64,000 bases of DNA from Methanocaldococcus indicus (GTDB lineage: Archaea > AGJL01 > Methanococci > Methanococcales > Methanocaldococcaceae), in the NCBI RefSeq assembly GCF_049554935.1, contig NZ_CP186926.1:928001-992000 (forward strand), read 5' to 3'. The notes under the pieces are model-generated. The model saw only the letters and a program-made list of their open reading frames with translations. It was not told the DNA's origin and made no database searches. Positions 57,601-64,000 of the stretch are shown here, one piece after another (the stretch's first letter is position 1; every line of letters begins with the position of its first letter). The position numbers were made by a program, and so were the translations under genes.

Positions 57601-58142
57601 TTATTTATGAAAGATTTAATGAACTAATAAAAAAGAGAGAAATTTATGAAATAGATGAAAAGAAATATTTAGAAATGTTAAGAGAGATTGAAAAAAAGAA
57701 AAAAGAAGTATTTTTAGATACATTCAATAAAATTGCTAAGAACTTTGAGGAAGTTTATAAACAAATTGGAGGAATTGGAAAACTTAGGTTAGAGAACAAA
57801 AATAATCCATTTGAAGGAGGATTGTTGATAGATGCATCTCCAAAAGGTAAAAAACTTATTAGCTTAGAAAGTATGAGTGGGGGAGAAAAAGCTTTAACTT
57901 CATTAGCATTTTTATTTGCAATTCAAAAATTAAATCCTTCCTTATTCTATGTGTTAGATGAAGTAGATGCTCCATTAGATGTAAAAAATGTCTCATTAAT
58001 TGCTGAAATGATTAAAAATCAGTCAAAACAAAGTCAGTTTATTGTTATTAGCCATAGAGAACAGATGATTAATAAGGCTGATACAGTTTATGGAGTATAT
58101 ATGGAAAATGGATTAAGTAAAGTTGTAGGAATTAAATTATAA
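54675..58142 (+). CDS. smc: chromosome segregation protein SMC
   Basis: GPNGSGKSN, coiled coils, hinge GRVTFLPL/GGT, MSGGEK, LDEVDAPLD. Confidence 0.97.
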   Translation: MLKRIVLKNFKSFKNLELEIPEGFTAIVGPNGSGKSNIVDAILFVLGRSSAKKLRADRFKNLITYHNGRRADYAEVAIFLKNDKIKDLPEEFGILRRIKKSGETDYYLILEDKRKKLTKTEIIDIFRKMNLLNNNVISQGDLAKIINISPIERRKIIDEISGIAEFDEKKKKAEEELKKARELIEMIDIRISEVKNQLNRLKKEKEDAEKYLKLKDLLNRARYTLYLKKVEYLREVINNINNNITHLKEKKEKLNKDIKIIEEEISKKNNELKNILSKLEDKEVISLYKEIKELELEIENDKKLLSKLKDEAKNINKDIIKKNEELKDTIKKLEEYKEIIKNKEKILEDINKKLYDLTKLRDDLINKIKDINEEINSLKEKENILNRKINEKQNLLYSYKENLSQIELKINQLNYELKRNIETIKKLKDEIDNIKEYDTKELYLKLENIKVEIEFKKKQIKELEEKEKEIREKLNKLYVEYTKEETKIKALKELEDIHLDRAIKEVLKLPGVIDVVGNLGKTKKEYKLAIEVAGGNRLNYVVTEDIDSAINAINYLKKHKLGRVTFLPLDKVKGRKAKNIYEDGVIGNAIDLVDFDEKYRNIFEFVFGDTVIVENIEIAKELSKKYNVRFVTLEGEVIESSGALIGGTFKSRAKIMIDVDENKIKSIANKIKELDKELEKIKNELSNNNKSLKELLAKKIELENKLEFIKKENLRLEKLKETNKKKINELNFINKELNLKLENLNKERNDLVEKIKELEDEIKTLVKERDEILAQLKQYENREEFIKLKDIENEINELSIKKNTILNEINKYKTLVDEILNQKIEELTLKIEELNKKLFSINENIKIYEENINKNLEILKEKKDKYEKISKDLKELNNKKIQIESEISSLKSKKSDLWNEINKIENEITKLLLDKTKFETKLEEEERNLYLCEIKEVDKELLQKPIKDIELTIYKIEEEIRQLEPVNMKAIEDYNFIYERFNELIKKREIYEIDEKKYLEMLREIEKKKKEVFLDTFNKIAKNFEEVYKQIGGIGKLRLENKNNPFEGGLLIDASPKGKKLISLESMSGGEKALTSLAFLFAIQKLNPSLFYVLDEVDAPLDVKNVSLIAEMIKNQSKQSQFIVISHREQMINKADTVYGVYMENGLSKVVGIKL

Positions 58143-59285
58143 TTTTTCTATTATCTCCCAACATATCTTTTTTTCTAATTCAACTGCTGGCTGGTTAAAA
58201 GCATCTACATTGTAAAGTTCTCCCATAAATCCAACTTGATACATATACATATATAGTAATTTACCTAAGTTTTTCTCATCTATCTTATTTAGTTCAATTT
58301 TTAAGTTAGGAATATTGTTAATTGTTAATGCCTTTTCTGTTGCTAATTGCTCAGATTTTATAATATCTGAGAGATATAGCTCTTTTCCATTTAATACAAC
58401 TTTGTCATCTTCTCCATATTCTTTAACACTTAGAAAAGTTACTATTTTATCTTTCTTTCCATCTAAATACAGTTGTAAAATGGAATGTTGGTCCTTAGCT
58501 CCTAAGGATATTAAAGGAGTTATTCCCTTCCCATCTTTTCCTAAACTTTCAGCTAACAACTGTTTATACCACTCTCCAAAATATTTTAATCTTTCAATAT
58601 AAATAAATAGAACTGAAATATCAAAACCTTTCAAATCATTTAGGTAGTGAATAACACCATTTAAAACAGCTGGATTTTTATAATCTTTTTGAATTTCTTT
58701 ATCTATCTCAATAGCTCCTTTTAATATTTTTTTAATATTTACATTTAAAGCACTTAAAGGAGCTAATCCAACAGAGGTAAATACAGAATATCTTCCAGGA
58801 ACATTTTCAGGAATATTTAATATTGGATAATTCTCTTTTTTTGCAATTTCTTTAAGTTTTCCACCATTTGTTATAAAAATAAACTTTGGATTTTTACATT
58901 TTCTTTTTATATATTGGTAATTTACTAATGTCTCTAATGTATTTCCTGACTTACTAACAACAAAAATTAATGTGTCATCATCTATCTCTTTAATAATTTT
59001 CAAAGTTTTTTCAGGGTCAGAGTTATCTATAAAATAACTACCTTCCAAATTTAAAGAGTGATATAGTGTCATAGTTCCTAAGATAGAGCCTCCCATTCCC
59101 ACAACAACTATCTTGTTGGATGAAAAATCATAACTATAATCATTATAGATAGATTCTCTAATTCCAACATCATTTTTTAGCTTTTTCTCAAAAGAATCTA
59201 TATACTTTTTAAAATCAAAGTTATTGAATTCTTCATGCACATATATTAATGAATTTTCATAAAAAAAATCCATAATCTCAACCAT
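58137..59285 (-). CDS. pgi: glucose-6-phosphate isomerase
   Basis: GMGGS, SKSGNTLET, GRYSVFT, QLLAESLGK, DQHS, FNQPAVE. Confidence 0.95.
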   Translation of the reverse strand: MVEIMDFFYENSLIYVHEEFNNFDFKKYIDSFEKKLKNDVGIRESIYNDYSYDFSSNKIVVVGMGGSILGTMTLYHSLNLEGSYFIDNSDPEKTLKIIKEIDDDTLIFVVSKSGNTLETLVNYQYIKRKCKNPKFIFITNGGKLKEIAKKENYPILNIPENVPGRYSVFTSVGLAPLSALNVNIKKILKGAIEIDKEIQKDYKNPAVLNGVIHYLNDLKGFDISVLFIYIERLKYFGEWYKQLLAESLGKDGKGITPLISLGAKDQHSILQLYLDGKKDKIVTFLSVKEYGEDDKVVLNGKELYLSDIIKSEQLATEKALTINNIPNLKIELNKIDEKNLGKLLYMYMYQVGFMGELYNVDAFNQPAVELEKKICWEIIEKL

Positions 59286-60512
59286 TTATGTCTCTATTTT
59301 ATGAATCTTTAATATTCTATTAACATCTTTTTCTTTAGCTCTAAATGTTATTATATGTTTATCATTTTCCTCTATATCTTCTAATATTTCTGTGTTCTCA
59401 TATAAATATGATATAAGTTTTGGATTATCAGTTTCAATAGTGCCAATTGATAGATTTAGGTTATCTAAAATCATTTTCTTTAATTTTTCAATATTTATAT
59501 TGTATTTAGCAGATACAAATATTGGATTTATTAAATATCTATCTAACTCGTTCAAAATTTCTAATTTTTTCTTCTCATCAATTTTATCAACTTTGTTTAA
59601 AACTGTTATAATTTGGGACTTACAATTAATTTTCTCTAAAATTTCATGATTAACTATAAGTTTTCTCTCAATTTCTTTTATATCTTCTGAGGCATCTACA
59701 ACTAATAAAATTAGGTCATTATTAGCACTTTCCTCAATTGTTGATAAAAATGCCTCAATCATAAAAGGAGGTAAGTCATCCATAAATCCAACTGTATCAG
59801 TTATTAATATCTTTCTTTTAATTCCTCTAATTCTCCTTGTTGTTGTAGTTAATGTAGTAAAAACTTGATTTTTAGCTTCTTTATTTTCTCCAGTTAATGC
59901 ATTTAATAAACTTGTTTTACCTGCATTTGTATATCCAACTAAACCAACAGAGTCATATTTTTCTCTCCTTTTTCTTAAAATTTTTCTATGCTCTTTTAAT
60001 TTTTCAAGCTTGTTTTTTATACTTTTAATTTCTCTTTTTATTTTTTGGTAGTATTTTTCAACTTCATAATCTCCATATCCACCAAATCCAGGCTGTTCTC
60101 CTTGCTTGGCTAATCTAACTTTTTCTTTTGCTCTTGGGAGTTCATATTGTAACTCTGCTAATTTGACTTGTAGTTGAGCTTCCTTAGTTTTAGCATGCTT
60201 ACTGAAAATTCTTAAAACTAATTCAATCTTATCAATAACTTCAACTTTAAACTCTTTAGCTAAATTATACTTTTGAGTAGGTGTTAAAGTATTACCAAAA
60301 ATAACAATGTCTATATTTTTATCTTTAACAATTTTAGAAAGTTTTTTTACAAAACCTTCTCCAATTTGATACTTACTATCTGGCTTTCTAATTTGAATAT
60401 ATGTTCCTTCAACCTCATACAGAACTTCAGCCAATTCTTTTAACTCTTCAATACTTTTTCTATCTTTTTTATTGTCCTTTCTTAATACTAATAAAGCTTT
60501 TATTAATATCAC
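59286..60512 (-). CDS. hflX: GTPase HflX
   Basis: EAQLQVKLA, GYTNAGKT, DTVGF, NKVD, SAK. Confidence 0.96.
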   Translation of the reverse strand: MILIKALLVLRKDNKKDRKSIEELKELAEVLYEVEGTYIQIRKPDSKYQIGEGFVKKLSKIVKDKNIDIVIFGNTLTPTQKYNLAKEFKVEVIDKIELVLRIFSKHAKTKEAQLQVKLAELQYELPRAKEKVRLAKQGEQPGFGGYGDYEVEKYYQKIKREIKSIKNKLEKLKEHRKILRKRREKYDSVGLVGYTNAGKTSLLNALTGENKEAKNQVFTTLTTTTRRIRGIKRKILITDTVGFMDDLPPFMIEAFLSTIEESANNDLILLVVDASEDIKEIERKLIVNHEILEKINCKSQIITVLNKVDKIDEKKKLEILNELDRYLINPIFVSAKYNINIEKLKKMILDNLNLSIGTIETDNPKLISYLYENTEILEDIEENDKHIITFRAKEKDVNRILKIHKIET

Positions 60513-60604
60513 CCAAAAATCTTATCAATTATATGGTTATTTAACACAATCTATATTAAATAAAAATAATCATAAAATAAGTTTATAGTTAATTATATTT
60601 AAAA

Positions 60605-61027
60605 TTATTTTAACTGTTCTAAAATAATAGCAGGGCAAATTTTCTTTACACCTTCTATTTTTCCTAACTTATTAAATATTAAGTCAGAGAACTCTTTACC
60701 ATCTTTTGCCCAAATTTCTGCCATAATCATATGGTCTCCTGTAGATGTAAAAACTTTTTTAACTTCATCAAATTTGCATAACTCCTTAGCAACATATAAA
60801 AATTTATCAGGTTCAGTATCAAATCCTGTTAATGCAACTACATTATATCCTAATTTAGATGGATCAATAATAACACTATATCCTTTAATAATTCCTTCTT
60901 CTTCCATCTTTTTTACTCTTTTTCTAATTGAGCTCTCACTTGTATTTAACTTTTTAGCTATTTCAGTATATGACATCCTACCATTTTCCATTAAAATTTT
61001 TAGTATTTTTAAATCTTTCTCATCCAT
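60605..61027 (-). CDS. ptr2: Lrp/AsnC regulator Ptr2
   Basis: MDEKDLKI...[32 protein letters not shown]. Confidence 0.88.
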   Translation of the reverse strand: MDEKDLKILKILMENGRMSYTEIAKKLNTSESSIRKRVKKMEEEGIIKGYSVIIDPSKLGYNVVALTGFDTEPDKFLYVAKELCKFDEVKKVFTSTGDHMIMAEIWAKDGKEFSDLIFNKLGKIEGVKKICPAIILEQLK

Positions 61028-61185
61028 AAATATCACATATAGTTTTTGATTTATTTGATATTTTAATTAAAGATATTTAAAGGTATATAATTTTAAAATA
61101 TTTTTCGTTAATTGTCGTATTTTAAAAATGTTTTTATAGTAATAATAAAATTTATAATGATTAATAATGACAAATTGGGAGGAGT

Positions 61186-61725
61186 ATGATAGAAGTAAGA
61201 TTTCATGGTAGAGGAGGACAAGGTGTTGTTACAGCGGCTCAACTGTTAGCTTATGCAGCTTTTTATGATGGAAAATATTCTCAAACATTCCCTTTTTTTG
61301 GAGTTGAAAGGAGAGGGGCTCCTGTTATGGCATTTACAAGAATAGATAAAGAAAAAATATTATTGAGATGTCAAGTTTATGAGCCTGATTATGTTGTTGT
61401 TCAAGATTCATCATTATTGGGAATTGTTAATATCTTAGAGGGTTTAAAAAAGGATGGTGTTGTTGTTATAAACACTGTAAAGAAAAAAGATGAGTTAAAT
61501 TTAGATTTTGAAAATGTCTATACTATTGATGCTACAAAGATAGCATTAGATGTTTTAGGAGTTCCTATTGTTAATACTGCAATGATAGGAGCATTAGCTG
61601 GAATAACAAAAATTGTAAGTTTAGATGGAATAAAAAAAGCAATATATAACAGATTTCCAGAAAAGTTGGCTGAGAAAAACTACAAAGCTGCTGAAATAGC
61701 ATATAAAGAAGTTAGTGGTGAATAA
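61186..61725 (+). CDS. porC: pyruvate:ferredoxin oxidoreductase gamma subunit
   Basis: [19 protein letters not shown]. Confidence 0.93.
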   Translation: MIEVRFHGRGGQGVVTAAQLLAYAAFYDGKYSQTFPFFGVERRGAPVMAFTRIDKEKILLRCQVYEPDYVVVQDSSLLGIVNILEGLKKDGVVVINTVKKKDELNLDFENVYTIDATKIALDVLGVPIVNTAMIGALAGITKIVSLDGIKKAIYNRFPEKLAEKNYKAAEIAYKEVSGE

Positions 61726-61728
61726 GTT

Positions 61729-61989
61729 ATGGTAAATATTGCAGCAGTAATATTTGAACCAGGTAGTTCTGTAAGAAATAAAACAGGTGGATGGAGAGTT
61801 TTCAAGCCTATTTTAGATGTTGAAAAATGTATAAAGTGTGAGATATGCTATATTTTCTGCCCAGAACCAGCTATTTATGAGGATGAAGAAGGAAATTTTA
61901 GAATTAACTATGAGTTTTGTAAGGGATGTTTAATCTGTGAAAATGAGTGTCCAGTTAATGCAATAACACATGTAAGAGAAGAGAAATAA
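61729..61989 (+). CDS. porD: pyruvate:ferredoxin oxidoreductase delta subunit
   Basis: KTGGWRVFKP, two CxxCxxCxxxCP motifs. Confidence 0.93.
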   Translation: MVNIAAVIFEPGSSVRNKTGGWRVFKPILDVEKCIKCEICYIFCPEPAIYEDEEGNFRINYEFCKGCLICENECPVNAITHVREEK

Positions 61990-62003
61990 AAAAAGGTGAA
62001 GTT

Positions 62004-63164
62004 ATGAAAAAAATTATAACAAGAGGAACTTATGCAGCTGCTGAGGCTGTTAGATTGGCTGATGTTGATGTTGTTGCTGCTTATCCAATAACTCCCCAAA
62101 CTGAATGTGTTGAAAAGATAGCTGAATTTATTGCTAATGGAGAGTTAGATGCAGAGTATATTAGAGTTGAAAGTGAGCATTCAGCAATATCTGCATTAGT
62201 TGGTGCTTCAGCTGCAGGAGCAAGAACTTTTACAGCAACAGCATCACAAGGTTTAGCATTAATGCATGAAATACTCTATATTGCCTCTGGTTTAAGATTA
62301 CCAATAGTTATGGCTAATGTTAATAGAGCTCTGTCAGCTCCTATCAATATATGGTGTGACCATCAGGATTCTATTTCTGAGAGAGATACAGGATGGATTC
62401 AGTTTTATGCAGAAAGTTGTCAAGAAGTATTTGATTTAGTATTACAAGCTTTTAGGATAGCTGAGGATAAAGATGTTCTTCTTCCAGTTATGGTTAATTT
62501 AGATGGATTTATACTTTCACATACTTATGAGCCAATTGAAATGCCAGAAAATGATGAAGCTAAGGAATTTGTTGGAGTTTATGAGCCACCACACTATTGT
62601 TTGAATCCTGATAATCCTGTTACTGTTGGAAGTGTTGGAGTTCCTGAATGTTATATGGAAACAAGAAAACAACTAAATGATGCAATAGAAAACTCAAGAA
62701 AAGTTATAAAAAAAGTTCATAAAGAGTATGCTAATAGATTTGGAAGAGTTTATGATTTTGTTGAAACATACAACTTAGAAAATGCAGATACTGTTTTAGT
62801 GGCTATGGGTTCTGTGTGTGGAACTATAAAATATGTTATAAGCAAATTAAAAGAGAAAGGAATTGTCAATGTTGGTTTATTAAAAATTAGTTGTTATAGA
62901 CCATTTCCAAAAGAAGAAGTAAAGAAATATCTAAAAGATGTTGAAAATATTGCTGTTTTAGATAAAAATGTATGTTTTGGATTTGATATGGGTAGTTTAG
63001 GATTGGATATTACTGCAACATTAAGAAAATATGATAATAAAATATGCAACTATATTGTTGGTTTAGGTGGGAGAGATATAAAAATTGAAGATATCAATAA
63101 AATTATTGAAGATGTTCAAAAAGCAAAAGATGATAAAACAGAGTGGATTGGACTATTAGAATAA
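62004..63164 (+). CDS. porA: pyruvate:ferredoxin oxidoreductase alpha subunit
   Basis: [29 protein letters not shown]. Confidence 0.95.
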   Translation: MKKIITRGTYAAAEAVRLADVDVVAAYPITPQTECVEKIAEFIANGELDAEYIRVESEHSAISALVGASAAGARTFTATASQGLALMHEILYIASGLRLPIVMANVNRALSAPINIWCDHQDSISERDTGWIQFYAESCQEVFDLVLQAFRIAEDKDVLLPVMVNLDGFILSHTYEPIEMPENDEAKEFVGVYEPPHYCLNPDNPVTVGSVGVPECYMETRKQLNDAIENSRKVIKKVHKEYANRFGRVYDFVETYNLENADTVLVAMGSVCGTIKYVISKLKEKGIVNVGLLKISCYRPFPKEEVKKYLKDVENIAVLDKNVCFGFDMGSLGLDITATLRKYDNKICNYIVGLGGRDIKIEDINKIIEDVQKAKDDKTEWIGLLE

Positions 63165-63183
63165 AAATTTTGGGGGATATTAT

Positions 63184-64000
63184 ATGAGATTTCCAAGAGA
63201 TGAACTATTTGCTCCTGGACATAGAGGTTGTGCTGGTTGTGGAGCATCAATGGTTGCAAGGATGGTTTTAAAAGTAGCTGGTAAAGACACAATAGTTGTC
63301 ACACCAACAGGATGTTTAGAGGTTTTTTCAACACCATATCCTGAAACTGCTTGGAGAGTTCCTTGGATTCATGTTGCTTTTGAAAATGCTGGAGCAGTAG
63401 CAAGTGGTGTTGAAGCAGCTATAAAGGCTCTAAAAAGAAAGAGAGGAAAATCTAAGGACAGAAAGATTAATATTATTGCAATTGGAGGAGATGGAGGAAC
63501 AGCAGATATTGGATTTCAATCATTGAGTGGAGCTATGGAAAGAGGGCATGATATACTATATATAATGTATGATAATGAGGCATATATGAACACAGGAGTC
63601 CAAAGAAGTTCAGAAACTCCATTATTTGCACAAACAACTACATCTCCTGCTGGAAAATGTAGTAAAGGAGAAAATAGGCCTAAAAAAGACATGGCATTTA
63701 TAATGGCAGCTCATGGCGTTCCTTATGTTGCAACAGCTTGTATATCTTATCCAGAAGATTTTATGAAGAAAGTTAAAAAAGCTCTTTCTATTGAAGGCCC
63801 TAAATTCATACATGTCCTACAACCTTGTACAGTTGGTTGGGGTTTTCCATCTAACAAAACAATTGAAATAGGTAGATTAGCAGTTGAAACAGGAGTATTT
63901 CCACTATTTGAGATAGAAAATGGAAAATTTAGATTAACTTATAAACCTTTAAAAAGAAAACCAGTTAAAGAATATATTAGAATGCAAAAGAGATACAGAC
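63184..64000 (+). CDS. porB: pyruvate:ferredoxin oxidoreductase beta subunit (runs off window end)
   Basis: Read manually from ATG 63184: [20 protein letters not shown]...TGCLEV...GGDGGT...[10 protein letters not shown]. Confidence 0.93.
   Translation, partial: MRFPRDELFAPGHRGCAGCGASMVARMVLKVAGKDTIVVTPTGCLEVFSTPYPETAWRVPWIHVAFENAGAVASGVEAAIKALKRKRGKSKDRKINIIAIGGDGGTADIGFQSLSGAMERGHDILYIMYDNEAYMNTGVQRSSETPLFAQTTTSPAGKCSKGENRPKKDMAFIMAAHGVPYVATACISYPEDFMKKVKKALSIEGPKFIHVLQPCTVGWGFPSNKTIEIGRLAVETGVFPLFEIENGKFRLTYKPLKRKPVKEYIRMQKRYR

Noticed and set aside
55140-57720. Low-complexity A-rich quasi-repeats
   Set aside because: Explained by the Lys/Glu/Asn-rich SMC coiled coils.
61095-61120. Ptr2-like half sites (TTTTCGT, TTGTCGT) between ptr2 and porC
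   Set aside because: Only half of the palindrome is present; too weak to call an operator.

Overview
This is an AT-rich 64-kb chromosomal segment from a hyperthermophilic methanogenic archaeon; the proteins closely resemble Methanocaldococcus. Most of it is housekeeping: dph5, radA, rpl31e/aIF6, arcS, the Se-containing F420-reducing hydrogenase operon fruADGB (UGA-Sec plus SECIS), glmS, pdxS, ehbMO, HMG-CoA synthase/thiolase/DUF35, glnK-amtB, the L1-L10-L12 operon, smc, pgi, hflX, ptr2 and porCDAB. Accessory content is a type I-B (Tneap-like) cas locus with an IS6 in the 3' end of cas6, an inverted cas2, a remote 8-repeat CRISPR array, and an MNT-HEPN pair with a broken toxin. Three signals stand out. 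(1) A GC-rich ~100-nt unit upstream of a second, near-identical glnK has its own BRE/TATA and U-tract and carries a perfect archaeal SECIS, yet no selenoprotein gene is nearby. (2) A mini CRISPR array can be reconstructed exactly as two successive 31-bp duplications (one off-register, one in-register) that created a new chimeric repeat, next to a 13-bp leader duplication of matching size. (3) A spacer-sized GC-rich insert flanked by a 33-bp duplication sits at the cas4-cas1 junction and looks like ectopic spacer integration. Gene identities come from motif and family recognition, not database searches.
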